Of a stretch of 64,000 bases of DNA, positions 1 through 13,431 are shown one piece after another; positions within the stretch are counted from its first letter, which is position 1; each line of letters opens with the position of its first letter. This stretch comes from Octopus sinensis (Eukaryota), in the NCBI RefSeq assembly GCF_006345805.1, contig NC_043015.1, positions 46,562,001 to 46,626,000 of the forward strand, in the 5' to 3' direction. The position numbers and the translations under genes were made by a program. The notes under the pieces are model-generated. The model ran no database searches, had not been told where the DNA came from, and was given only the letters and a program-made list of their open reading frames with translations.

Positions 1-1263
1 TTATTTCAATATTATTAAAATAAATTCAACAGGAATATTGAAAAGAGTAAATAAATTTTAACAGTTCGGTCTCTTTTATAAAATCCTCATATACCAATAA
101 CAGATGAGCAAAACTTTTTTAATCAGTCACTCTGTATACTATCAGCATTCTGAAGGAATGAACGGTAGAGTCAAACTTGGGAGAATTTTGTTTTAACTTC
201 AGGACATAGACAAAATTAAATACAATAGAGACATTTAGATCAGTGCTCAACAACTTTACTCAGTCGCAAATACTTTGTTAAATGCTATTTTGATACCTTA
301 TAGTAATGAGTTCAAATTCTTATTAGAGTTCATTTGCCTAACACTCTTCCACTGCCATCATCATCATCGTCAACATCCGCTTTCCATGCTGGCATAGGTT
401 GGACAGTTCGACAGGTCCTGGCTAGGCAGAAGACTGCACTAGACTATATGGCGGCTAGCACGCCAGGCAAAATGCTTAGCGGTTTTCCGTCTGCCGCTAA
501 GTTCCGAGTTCAAATTATGCCGAGGTCAACTTTGCTTTTCATCCTTTCAGGGTCGATTAAATAAGTACAAGTTACGCACTGGGGTCGATGTAATCGACTT
601 AATCCGTTTGTCTGTCCTTGTTTGTCCCCTCTACGTTTAGCCCCTTGTGGGCAGTAAAGAAATAAGACTGCACTAGACTGCCAATAAAAATATAAACCAG
701 TTGTTGCTTAACCCCAAGTCAGTCCCGGTCAAGTAGTAATCCTATGATCAAAGGAGTTACAGCTGTGACCAGTCACTTTCATATCTTTGACTACAATGTC
801 TGATGTTGAAGCAGACATATCATTATAGCAAATATTCTGCTCAATACCACAGATTTGCTTGTCTGTTGCTTGGCTGTAACCACTTGAGCATGTCTCTCAG
901 TGGCTAACAATATATGCATTTCTGATCATGAACAGGAGTAGTGGGGGAGTATCATTGCAATGAATTGAGAGGGGGTTCTTTGCTGCGTTTCAATAAATGT
1001 AACAAAAGCAAAGTTTGAAGGAAATATTAACCATTTTTCATACTTTATAGAGGTAAGCAAATAGGAAATAAGAGTGGCTACTCAAGGACAAAACACTGTA
1101 ATATGCAAAGGAACATGCAACTGACTACAGCTCTTTCATATAGAAAACATAACCTGTCAGCAAAAAGGAATCATTCATCAGTAATTGTTGCATTCAAGTT
1201 GATAAGGGGAGTAGAGAGCTCCTCCTATAAGTTATTAGATAATTCTAAACAAGACTTCTAATA

Positions 1264-1750
1264 CAGTAATCCCTCGCCATATCGCACTTCACCTATTGCA
1301 CACTCAGGACATTGTGGATTTTTCTGACTAATATAAGTAAATTTGTATCGTAGACTCCTCAGTATATTGCAGGTTTCTGCGACCGATAGGTATTTATATG
1401 CTTTTAGAGTTTAAATATTTCTGAGGTAAAATAAGCATTTTCACACATAAAAATTAATTATTGAAAATAGAGTACAGTACTGCACTGTATAACAGATTAA
1501 TTAAAATATATTAAAAGGAAATACATAGTGTACCGTAGATGAGTAAACAAAGAATTGCAAATACTGTATAGGAAATGAAATGCGGAAGGCGAGTGTGTGG
1601 TGTTGTTTTGCATTTATAATAAAATAAATATATACAAATTAGAAAAATGATAAAAAAAATATAGAGTACAGTACTGTTTCTACTTCACTGATTTTCACCT
1701 ATCACAGGAGGTTTTGGAAGTAAACACCTACGATAGTCGAGGGATTACTG
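1264..1750. mobile_element. Tigger/pogo-like MITE
   Basis: TIRs CAGTAATCCCTCG / CGAGGGATTACTG flanked by TA; non-coding AT-rich interior. Confidence 0.8.
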
Positions 1751-4351
1751 TATAAGCATAAACTCACAGAGTAGTAACAATGTTGCACACCGTTTATACC
1801 ACCAATAAATGACGCACAGTTTAAAAATCTGAAGTTTATAAAGAGCCAACATATAGTTTACCCCATTTGATATCTTCATTGGTCAATAAATACATATTTC
1901 TTTATTACCCACAAGGGGCTAAACATAGAGGGGACAAACAAGGACAGTCATAGGTATTAAGTTGATTACATAGACCCCAGTGCGTAACTGGTACTTAATT
2001 TATCGACCCCCCAAAAGGATGAAAGGCAAAGTCGACCTCGGCGGAATTTGAACCCACAACGTAACGGCAGACGAAATAGGGCGACGCATTTCGCCCGACG
2101 TGCTAACGTTTCTGCCAGCTCGCACAATCAGATTTATTGATTGAGTATGGAATATCAAACAAATTGCATATTTGATTATGCACCTGGGTGCTTTGAGTTC
2201 AAATTCTGCTTAAGATGCTTGGTACAACAGATTTGTTTCCTTAGGGTTTATTGGAAGTCATACACAACCCAGTACAGCTTGAACCTAATGCAGCTGATAA
2301 TGCACTGGCTATTTATGATAAGGATATGTTTGTGTCTGTCTAAATCAGACAGGAAATGGATAATAACTCTAGAACATTGAAGATTTCTAATATGCTTAGA
2401 TTAGATGCCAGGTAAGAAGAAAGGAGCAGACTCCAATAAAGAATAGGAGCAGGTGTGGCTGTGTGGTTAAGAAACTTGCACCGCAACCATGCAGTCTTGG
2501 GTTCAGTCTGTGTGACACCTTGGGAAGTGTCAACTATAACCCAGGACTAATCAAAGGCTTGTGAGGGGATTTGGTAGATGGAAATTGAAATATGCCCATC
2601 ATACACGTATGGTGTTTCTGTCTTCTTGTTTTAACATCAAGTGTTAGTTGTAAATGAGTGCCACTGTCATACACGTGGTGTCATTCATTTCCAATATTCT
2701 GTGGAAACATGTCTGGCCATGTCTATCTCACCAAACAAGTGAGGGTTGGTAACAGGAAGGGCATCCAGCCATAGAAAATCTGCTTCTTTTTCTTCTTCAT
2801 TTTAAGGCCCACTTTTCCATGCTGATATGAGCCAGAGAGAACCTTTGTTGAGGTGGAAGCCCTCTCTGTCACCTGTTTCCAAGTAACGTAATATTTCTTC
2901 ATAACCAGACATGTTTTCAAAGAAAACTGGAAACAAAGAACCCTACTTGCATGACACTGATACCGGTATACAACTATCACACGATGTCATGACAAGGAAA
3001 CAGTAACACACATATACATATACGAACAACAGGCTTCTTTCTGTTTCTGTCTACCAAATCCATTCCCAAATTCTTGGTTGGCCAGAGGGAACTATAGTAA
3101 GACACTTGTTGAAGCTGCCACACAGTGGGACTGAACCCAGAGTGACATGGTTGGCAAGCCAATTTCTTACCACAAAACACTGTCCAATTCTAATGCTTTT
3201 GCTTCAGTTGTGGTCTATAGAATGTGGTGTATATGCTGCTCTAAGTTGAAGCCAGTAACCATCCTAACCACTTTAACATTTCAAACTATTCTGGCGTTTA
3301 ATTGATTTTGTAATCAGATTCAAGTCAGCTACAAAGAAGTACTTCCACTCTTTTGTTGAGAACAAAGTGAAGTCTATATAATCATAATTAGCTAATATCT
3401 ATAATCTGCTGTCCATTTTTCCATATTAGCTTAATTTGAACAATAACAAAATAAAACAAAACATTCGTATAAAGAAGAAACATAAAAGACATCAAATAAA
3501 TTTAGATGCTACTGCATATGGACATAATCGCATGCATAGATAAGAACTGAAACAGAAATAAGTAATTTAAAAAAAACTTGGAAAACTGAAATATAAAATA
3601 AAAGTATTATCTTGAATATGCTTTAGTTCATATGCTGAGTTATATCACCATAATGTCATCTAATCGCTTCTTTTTCTAAGCTCACACAAATCAGACAGAA
3701 TTTATGGAGAGAGATCTTCTACAGCAGGCTGCCCATCATGTTGCCAACCCATACCTGTTTCCAAGCAAGGTAGTATTTTCCCACGGCCAGACAAGTATTT
3801 CACAGGAAGATTGGAAACGAACAGCCTTGCTTGCATAGTGATGATGCTCATTGACAACCATCTTGTGATGTCTAGACAAGAATACAAACAAAAACACACA
3901 TACAGCAAAGCTTCTTTCAGTTTCTGTCTACCACTTCGGATGCCCTGAGCCTATAGTAGAGGAATTTGCCCAAGGTGTTAAGCAGCAGGACTGAACCCAA
4001 GACCACATAGCAGATAGAGAAGGCTTCTTAATCATACGGCCTCCTTGTGCCTATATATAGCACTGGCATTGTTGAGTCACAATTACATAGAATTTTTTAA
4101 TACTCAAGTTAAACTGAAACTACATGGGTTTGCACCATTAATATTAATACACTAAGAACTGAAACTATACAAAGTTGAGTCAATTTCTGATCAAGAACTT
4201 CATTTGGCACCACATGGGCTCAGATCCAATTCCACTGCATGCACCATAGGCAAGTGTCTTTCATTGTAGTCTTGTGTTAACCAATGCCTTAGGAGTGAAA
4301 TTTGGTATATGGAAACAGTATGCAAGCCTTTCGTGTATGAGCCCAAATGCG

Positions 4352-4761
4352 GGATCTTTTTGGCTTGAACGGCAGTTTTTAAAATAATTTCCACGTAACT
4401 AAACACTTTTAAACTTGTATACTGGTAGAATGTGTTCATAAAACATCTTTTTCTCTTGGCTTTATTGAGAAAATTCTATAGTTTGTAAGATATTTGTTGT
4501 TTTTTTTCTTCAATTTCTGCAATTTCAACCAATCACTGACGTCTATTGAGGTAAAAAAAACATTCTGTGCCGTATGAATATGTCCCTCGTTTAAGAAACA
4601 GATTGGGTTTATTTACATTTGTGAAGAAAAAAAGATGCCCATCCCCCACCCCTAACCCTAAAACAGATTGAAATGCAATAATTATGACTAGGGTCATAAT
4701 TATGGGTGACAATTTCATATGACACCGCTAGGAAAAACTGCCATTCAAACCGAAAAGATCC
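4352..4761. mobile_element. GGATC-ended ~410 bp MITE, copy 1
   Basis: TIR GGATCTTTT(C/T)GG(T/C)TTGAA(C/T)GGCAGTTTTT at both ends; 8-bp TSD CAAATGCG/CAAATGAG; same family as four copies at 59.8-63.8 kb. Confidence 0.85.
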
Positions 4762-5227
4762 CAAATGAGTGCATACACACACACACACCACCACCACCAC
4801 CATTTTAACATTTCTATACTTTCATGGATCCGATTTTCTACTACCCTTCCTGTCATCGTCTCTCACCTGTTTGCAAGTAAGGTAATATCCTATGGTCAGA
4901 CATGCTTGTTTGCAACCATTACATGATGCCAAGACAAGGGTATATATTGACTGATGAAGGATTAGCCACATTTTCTATGTGAATTTTCCCTTCATTGTGT
5001 TTCTGTTACATTTTTGGAATAAATACATATATATAAATTATATTATTATGGCTGCGCCCTCGTTATCGAGTATGGCCATTGCATGAAGTTTAACTGTTAC
5101 TGGTGCTGTGATCGAATGTGACTTTTTAGCCCAGCCAAAGATCTACAATGTCTTGTACAGAACTGGCAACTAAAACCTTTACTGGTAATAGCTGGCTGTA
5201 GTTGTAACTATATACATACATACACAC

Positions 5228-6465
5228 ACGATGAGTGCTGAAAAGTTCCTGGCTTTAAAGTATTGAGAAAGGGTAGAACTGTTATCGTTACAAGTGAAGT
5301 AGGACAATTATTTAGAAGATATGCAAAAAATCATGATGGGATACAATATATCTTTCCTTTTTTTGCAGATTTAATGCATGATTCTACAGTAGATTTTGGT
5401 AAAACTGAAGCATGGGCGGTCATGAAGTTCTTACTCCAAGGCAAAGGAGCAGCAGATAATCCATGGTGAGATGAAGCCTTGACAGATAACTGTCCATCTT
5501 ACTCCACAGAGAAAATCTGGGTGTCAAAGTTTCGGATTGGTCATTTCAAGGTCACAGATGAACTCTGGTCAGGACAGCCAACGCTGTGCACATCATCATG
5601 ATTTTCGATGCCAGATTTCAGCTAAAGTCATAGCTGAGACTCTGGAGATTTCCTGCAAAAGTGTTGGCCAGGATCATCCACAACATTCTGGACATGAGTA
5701 AGCTTTCTGCAAAATGGGTGCTGAAATGCTTGAACACAGATCAGAAGCACATCAGAGTGACAACATGAAAGGCAAATTTTGGACTGGTTTAAAGCAGAAG
5801 AGGGTGATTTTATGTCTCATTTAATCACCATGGATAAAACTTGACTTCATCACTATGATCCCCAGACCAAGCAGCAACCAATGAAGTGGTGCCACAGCAG
5901 TTCACTGCGTCCCTTAAAGTTTTGGAGCCAGAAGTCAGCTGGAAAGATTCTGGCTTCAGTGTTCTGAAACAAAGTACTCCTTATAAAATACCTGTCTAAG
6001 GGTTGCACCATCAATGCAGAATGCTACATGCCTCTGTTAGACAAAATGCATGAAGCTTTGAAGTAGAAATGCCATAGAAAGCTGAGCTGTGGTGTCCTGT
6101 TTTTGCAAGACAATGCACCAGCATACACAGCACATGAAACTCTATGGAAAACACATGACATTGTTTTCTAATTGGTAGACCACCCACGTTACACTCCTGA
6201 CTTGGACCCTTCAACTACCACCTCTTTTCACAAATGAACAAATATTTCAAGGGAATGAAATTTCATTCCATTTTGATGATTTCTGCTACAGAGGCTTGGT
6301 AGGAGGCCCAACCTTCCAAAGTTCTTTTTACAGGGTTTAGAAAAACTGAAGGACCGCTGCAGTAAGTGTGTGAATCTGAGAGGGGAATACGTTGAATAAA
6401 ATCATAATTAACTGATCCCCCTGTATTTCCTTTTACACAAAGTCTGGGACTTTACAGCACCCACC
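5228..6465 (+). mobile_element. Decayed mariner (DD34D) transposon
   Basis: Degenerate TIRs (GTGCTGAAAAGTTCCTGGCTTT / AAAGTCTGGGACTTTACAGCAC). Broken transposase with ITMDKT-LHHYDPQTKQQ, QDNAPAY and HPRYTPDLDPS (YSPDLAPS-like); multiple stops and frameshifts. Confidence 0.85.
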
Positions 6466-6928
6466 TCTCTCTCTCACACACACACAATTTACTTTTAATC
6501 ATTGAACTCAAATTAGACGAAGATATAAATTATAGCATGTAAATATTAGGTTAAAAACCCTTTGGATGGAACCCACATCTTCCATAAATATAGCTTTATC
6601 TACTTCAAGTTCAAGGCACTATTTCACATTGTCTTGAAGTTTCTGAATTCTTATGATGCAAAAAACATACACACGTGTACATTTACTTCAGTATCCATCT
6701 CCTAAATCCACTTACAAAAATAGGTACCATGCTTTCTCTAATGGTTTTAGATGTCCCTGTAGTCATGAGCAGACATCCTCTTGACCATCCCTCTCTTGAT
6801 CAAGCTAAACAACTAGGATATGACAATTGGAGAATTAGAGAGCTGGAGTAAGTATTGTATAACACCAATAATTCTTCCTATTTGTTACTTTAATAGGAGG
6901 TATAGCAATACAGTTATAGAAAAAAAAA

Positions 6929-7491
6929 GAGATGCTACAAGAATACACAATCAGGAATGCAACTGTATTAATTTCGAAAAATTCAAGTAACAACCAAAGA
7001 TGAGAAAGAAGATACAGAAAAAAACTGAAAAATTCAGGTAGTGTACCTAGAACAAGGCAGCTTATCAAAACCCACTCCCCACCAATCTCAAGGTTATCAT
7101 CATCATTATCATTGTTTAATGTCTGCTTTCCATGCTGGCATGGGTTGGACGGTTTGACAAGAGCTGGCTAGGCAGAAGACTGCATCAGGCTTCAGTGTCT
7201 AAAAACCATGTCAAAACAGACACTAAAGCCTGGTGTAGTCTTCTACTCAGCCAGCTCAAGTCAAACAGTCCAACCATGCCAGCATGGAAAGCAGACATTA
7301 AATAATGGTGATGATAGTTTTGGGAAGTGGGGGGGCTTTAATAAACTGACTTGTTCTAGGTACACAACCTGAATTTTTCAGTTTTTTTTTCTATGTTTGA
7401 ATGTGTTTTCTCAACATTTCTTTCTCATCTTGTTACAATTTTTCAAAATTAATACAGTTGCATTCCCGACTGCATATTATTGTAGCATCTC
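6929..7491. repeat. Long imperfect inverted repeat (fold-back)
   Basis: Arm 6929-7200 is the reverse complement of arm 7218-7491 (e.g. GAGATGCTACAA/TTGTAGCATCTC, CTGAAAAATTCAGGT/ACCTGAATTTTTCAG), with a 17-nt spacer. Confidence 0.85.
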
Positions 7492-8255
7492 CTAAACACT
7501 AAATTCAGTACTGCTAATTAGCAAAATACCCATCAGGTTTAAAATAACAATACAACTCACAGAGGGGGGGGGGCTCATAAACAGCCAATACTTATTTACA
7601 GCCAGGTGGACTGGGTTATTTAAGAGTTGGCCATAGATATGAAATATGACATAGAATTGAAGTTCAGCTCTTCAGAATTGAGACAGAAATATAAAGGAAT
7701 GTATTCATTCCACTCTAATATGATTTTAAACTGTAGAACTGGATACTAGTATTTATTGGACTGCTATAACTCCTTCAATTCAGGAAGACTACAATATTAT
7801 TATAACACTAACTGACCCCGTGCCGTAAAAAATTACAGCTAATTGTAGTATTTTAGAGTTGAAATGATCTTTGATTTTTGCTTTCAGTATTGAATGTTCA
7901 CTATCCAACTTCCATTACACACACACACCTCTTTTTACATATACACACATATACACAGTCAGAGTTGAAATGCTCCAACTACCAGCTTGCCATCACCCCT
8001 TCCTTTCTCATTCATTTGTTGTGCCAGAGAAAAACACAAGTATTATCACACAACTTATATCGTCATATCTTTATTATTGTTTTAACACTCAAATTTTCCA
8101 TGTTTGAATGGATCAGACAGAGAGTACTGAGATAGATTTCCTATGGCTGGATACCCTTCCTGTCACCAATCCTCACCTGCTTTCAAGCAAGGTAATATTT
8201 CCCTAAGGCCAGGCACGATTTGGAGAATATTTGATATGAATGGCATTCATTTGCA

Positions 8256-8430
8256 ACAATGTCAAGGCATGGAGACACACACACACAATGTTGACGCAAG
8301 GAGACACACACACAATGTCATGGCAAGGAGACACACACACACAATGTCAAGGCAAGGAGACACACACACACAATGTCAAGGCAAGGAGACACACACACAC
8401 AATGTCAAAGCAAGGAGACACACACAAACA
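8256..8430. repeat. Minisatellite, ~5 x 29-31 bp
   Basis: Unit CAATGTCAAGGCAAGGAGA(CA)n repeated in tandem inside a degraded SINE. Confidence 0.85.
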
Positions 8431-9531
8431 CAAGCCTTTATCTTATACTTGTTTCAGCCACTGCACTGCAGCCATGCTGGGGCACCATCTTGAAAGAGTT
8501 TTTTTAGTCTAACAAATTGACCCCAATACTTATCAGTAAGTTGCATGGATGCAAACAAACTAACACCAGTTATCAAGTAGTGGTAGGAAATGAATACAAA
8601 AACACATCACAGGTTTTTTTTTTTTTTTTCAGTTCCATCAAATTCGCTCACAAGGATTTGTGACTATAGTAGAAGACACTCAAGGTATCATGCAGTGGGA
8701 CTGAACCTGGAACCATGTGATTGGAAAGCAAGTTTCTGACACTCAGCCATATCTGTGCCTATACATGTATGTGGGTATATATGTGAGTGTGAGTGTGTGT
8801 GTGTATGTGTGTGTGTGTGCATGTGTGTGTGTATCAATATAAATTAGAGATGGAAACAAAATAAATTGAATAACTGAATCAATAAATAAATTTAATCCCA
8901 TTTTATTACTTCTACATAAACAAATGTGTATGTGTATATATATATATACACACACACACACGTATATATACACACATACATGTATACATACATATATATA
9001 TACATACACACATATATATATACATACATGTACATATATATAGATACATATACATACATATATATATACACACACACATACATATATATAATTAGCAATG
9101 CATCTCGGCGTTGCCAGGGTGTTATATGACCTACAGCCACATTGTATTATTTGTTTCTTTCTTATGGGCAGAATTGGCACATGAGGAGTGTGAAACAAAC
9201 AGCTCTTCTTCATAAACATGTTTTTCGGTCATTTTGTGATGAACAATGCTGAAATCGTTGACATCAAAAAACATGTAGAATGGCAGCTTAGATTAGAATG
9301 AAATCCTAACATTACTGCCAAAATGACCTAGAACTTACGGATTTAAAGAATTGGATGATGTATGAGGACGCGAGGTATCCATATTGCAGAAAGTAAGGTA
9401 CATGGAAAGAAAGCTGCTTCATCTCTCGTTTGGGCAGATTGCACACTTCAACATATGTTGAGTGAAGCCAACAATGCTTCTAGGTAAACTATGTTTTGCA
9501 TAAGCCAAGTGTTGATAGAATAAATATACAA

Positions 9532-9752
9532 GGTGGCAAGCTGGCAGAAACATTAGCACGCCGGGCGAAATGCTTAGCAGTATTTCGTCTGCCATTACGT
9601 TCTGAGTTCAAATTCCGCCAAGGTCAACTTTGCCTTTCATCCTTTCGGGGTCGATAAATTAAGTGCCAGTTACACACTGGTGTCGATGTGATCGACTTAA
9701 TCCATTTGTCTGTCCTTGTTTATCCCTTTTGTCTGTTGCTCCTTGTGGGCAG
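9532..9752 (+). mobile_element. tRNA-derived SINE family B (representative copy)
   Basis: Head GGTGGCAAGCTGGCAGAA...GAGTTCAAATTCC, then GCCTTTCATCCTTTCGGGGTCGATAAATTAAGT (resembles the Meta/Sauria-SINE domain). Further copies at ~450-665(+), 1896-2122(-), 16960-17178(-), 20611-20830(-), 35066-35272(+), 35950-36172(-), 38491-38721(-), 43071-43270(+), 56300-56618(-), 61028-61257(-). Confidence 0.85.
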
Positions 9753-9800
9753 TTGCACGGAAAACGGACGTTAAACGATGATGATGATACAATAAATACA

Positions 9801-10198
9801 TGCAGGAGTGGCTGTGTGGTAAGTAGCTTGTTTACCAATCACATGGTTCTGGGTTCAGTCCCACTGCGTAGCACCCTGGGCAAGTGTCTTCTACTATAGC
9901 CTCGCGCCGACCAAAGCCTTGTGAGTGGATTTGGTAGACGGAAACTGAAAGAAGCCCGTCGTATATATGTATATATATATATATGCGTGTGTGCGTTTGT
10001 GTGTCTGTGTTTGTCCCCCTAGCATTGCTTGACAACCGATGCTGGTGTGTTTATGTCCCCCGTTACTTAGCGGTTTGGCAAAAGAGACCAATAGAATAAG
10101 TACTGGGCTTACAAAAGAATAAGTCCCGGGGTCGAGTTGCTCGTTTAAAAGGCAGTGCTCCAGCATGGCCGCAGTCAAATGACTGAAACAAGTAAAAG
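9801..10198 (+). mobile_element. tRNA-derived SINE family A (near full length)
   Basis: Pol III box A TGGCTGTGTGG and box B GGTTCAGTCCC, CORE-like CC(T/C)TGGGCAAGT, internal (TA)/(TG) microsatellite, tail TGACTGAAACAAGTAAAAGA. Confidence 0.9.
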
Positions 10199-11485
10199 AG
10201 AATAAGTCCTCTGCACTGCGACATAAATGTTGTCCATGAGAAAAGCAGGGTATTTGTAAATTGAGACCTGCAATTTTTAAAGTTTGACCCTAGTCTTTGT
10301 TGATTGTCATCATGAAGCACAATCACACTGGGAACTGGAAGAGCTTGGACTGAAATGACACATTTGAGGGAATAAGAGGTATGCGTGGGATGTATGCGAT
10401 CTCTCCTCGATGACAGCCAGCAATAATGGTTGCTTGTAGGACATATTGAAGTTAGTCAATCTTGTACCATTGCATAGTCATGGTGGGTTGAAATTCCTCA
10501 AGAGCATGATAGGTGCACCTTTCTTTAGGAACAACTAATGTGGTGGTCGTCCTGTGGGTTGTAGAGAGTCGAGAAATTCAACTGGGTACGCAACAAATTT
10601 ATGAGTTTGCCCAGAAATCATGTTTTCAAAATTATAATTTCCCTACTCCCTGCTGAAATTTCCTAATTTTTAACTATTTTTCAAATTTTGTTTTTTATGC
10701 ATGTGGAAAACTACAGAGATTACAAATGTGGGAAATACAATTTGTTTTTGAAAATTTAATTTTTCTAAGAAATACTGAATACCCCCCCCCACCTCAGCCA
10801 CCCATCAGCTACCCACTTTCGGGGGAAATGCAAATCTCCTGTATGGAAAACATAGGAATGTGAGAAAACTAAGGAAAGAAATAAGAGGGGGGGAGGGTTA
10901 GCCAAATGTCATCTAGGACATGCTAGAAACAACAGGTAAAGGACAGGATAACTTCCTGAGATAACTTCCTTGTAAGTTTAAATGGAAGATCAGGTTTTGA
11001 AATATGCTCATCACAAACAGGAATGACAGAATAGGAAAAGGTAATTTCCATAGGCTTTGGGCTGTAATTTAGCGCACAGCAAACAATAACAAAATGCATA
11101 CAGAACTTTGACTGTGTGTGCCAAAGGAAGTTATTTTTGCATATCTTTCTTAACACCTTCACCTATAGAACATACAGTATCAATTTTGTGCTGGCTTTCT
11201 TTCACTTTCAACTATAGAACATACATAGGGTATGAAACATCAGCGTCTGTCTCTCACCCACTATCCATCTTTCAACTTATCCTATAGAAACTTGTTTTCT
11301 ATCTCTGTTTCTTTTTCTTGTCTCTCTGTCTTTTTCTCAATCTGTGTTTCACTCGGTCACTCCGTAAAAACTAATTTCTTTATGCTTTGAAGAGAGCAGT
11401 AATTGAAAGAAAAGAGAAAGCGAAAAGAAGAGAGAGAGCAGGAAGTGAAAGATGTATGTACGTGCATATGAAATGGATGTGTGCA

Positions 11486-11524
<39 letters not shown>

Positions 11525-11621
11525 GGATGATGGATGTCTCTTAAGGCACGCACTCATATAGAAAATGTGATATCATCGTATAAAATGTTTACGATAGTTG
11601 ACTTACTCTCTTTTTTTCCTC

Positions 11622-11827
11622 TTTTTACTTGTTTCAGTCATTTGACTGTGGCCATGCTGGAGCACCACCTTTTAGTTGAGCAAATCGACCCCAGGACTTA
11701 TTCTTTGTAAGCCTAGTACTTATTCTATCGGTCTCTTGTGCCGAATCGCTAAGTTACAGGGATGTAAGCACACCAGCATGGGTTGTCAAGCGATGTTGGG
11801 GGGACAAATACAGATACACAAACATAT

Positions 11828-11905
<78 letters not shown>

Positions 11906-12700
11906 TACGTCAGGCTTCTTTCAGTTTCCGTCTACCAAATCCACTCACAAGGCTTTGGTTGACCCGAGGCTATAGCAGAAGACACTTGCCCAAGGTGCCA
12001 CGCAGTGGGACTGAACCCGGAACCATGTGGTTCGTAAGCAAGCTACTTACCACACAACCACTCCTACGCCTATATGGAAAAGATTAATTTAAAATTTTTG
12101 TAATGCAAATATGTCAATGAAAACAAAGTTTAGCTGGTAGCAGAAATAGTACTGAATTTTTTGATACCCATATGTCAAAATCGGCAACTGTTTTGGAATG
12201 CATAAGGAACAAACGCGCGCACACACACATTCAAACTCTCTTTTATAAATATAGATATATACACATACATATATACAAATACACATAAACACACACAGAT
12301 ATATATATATATATATATATATATATTCTTTTACTCTTTTACTTGTTTCAGTCATTTGACTGCGGCCATGCTGGAGCACCGCCTTTAGTCGAGCAAATCG
12401 ACCCTGGGACTTATTCTTTGTAAGCCCAGTACTTATTCTATCGGTCTATTTTGCCGAACCGCTAAGTGACGGGGACGTAAACACACCAGCATCGGTTGTC
12501 AAGCAATGCTAGGGGAACAAACATATACACACACACATATATATACAACAGGCTTCTTTCAGTTTCCGTCTACCAAATCCACTCACAAGGCATTGGTCGG
12601 CCCAGTGCTATAGCAGAAGACACTTGCCCAAGATGCCACGCAGTGGGACTGAACCCGGAACCATGTGGTTGGTTAGCAAGCTACTTACCACACAGCCACA
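11622..12700 (-). mobile_element. Two SINE family A copies (11622-12071 and 12330-12700)
   Basis: Reverse complements of the 9801-10198 element. Confidence 0.9.
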
Positions 12701-13431
12701 AAAAATAATAATAGGCCATGCTGGCACCTGTGTTACAAGCTTACTATATCAAATGACCCAACACAATGGTCAGGAGATCATATGTGTGTGTATTAATATT
12801 GCTTTACTTACAAAAAGATTTAACTGACAAGAAGAGCATATTCTGATATATTTCACTTTAATGTATACATTTTAGCCAGCTAAAAACAAATTTACAAAAC
12901 ATGATTCTAATAAATCTGACACTGATAATGTGACAGCAGATCAATTTATTGGGAAAACCAGTTACACCAAGGAAATAAAATCATTGCTGCTACTCAACAT
13001 CATACTTAAAAAGTTGATGGAACTAGTGGAGATAAATGATCTATTTGAACAACAAACATGACTCACAGAAGATAGCTTATATCTATTAACTAACACGAAG
13101 ATATCTATTTAATCAGGTAATCTCGAATCAATGATTATAAAAAAAAGCTCTATTATAGATTATTGTTTCAATGTCATCTCATTTCTGATTCTGAGTCTGA
13201 CAAAAGGGAAAATCTGCTGCTCTCTTTATCTTACACTTATTTCAGCCATTGGACTGCGACCATGCTGGAGCCCTACCTTGAAGGGTTTTAACTGAATAAA
13301 TCAACCTAAGAAGTTATTTTAACATTTAGTACTTATTCCATTGGTCTCTCTTGCTGAACTGCTGAGTTACAGAGATGTAGACAAACCAACACTAATTGTC
13401 AAGCGGTGCACACAAACACTACATACATATA

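Larger units (their letters stand above)
9092..10620 (-). mobile_element. Helitron 3' portion with PIF1-type helicase remnant, interrupted by SINEs
   Basis: Minus strand ~10210-10600 gives [31 protein letters not shown]...LCNGTRL...IPRIPLIP...QFPV-LCFMMTINK--GQTL...CFSHGQ. The 3' end has a GC hairpin and CTRR at ~9092-9120. The element may extend to ~11570. Confidence 0.85.

Noticed and set aside
8256-8430. Regularly spaced ~30-bp repeats, CRISPR-like at a glance
   Set aside because: No unique spacers; a eukaryotic minisatellite.
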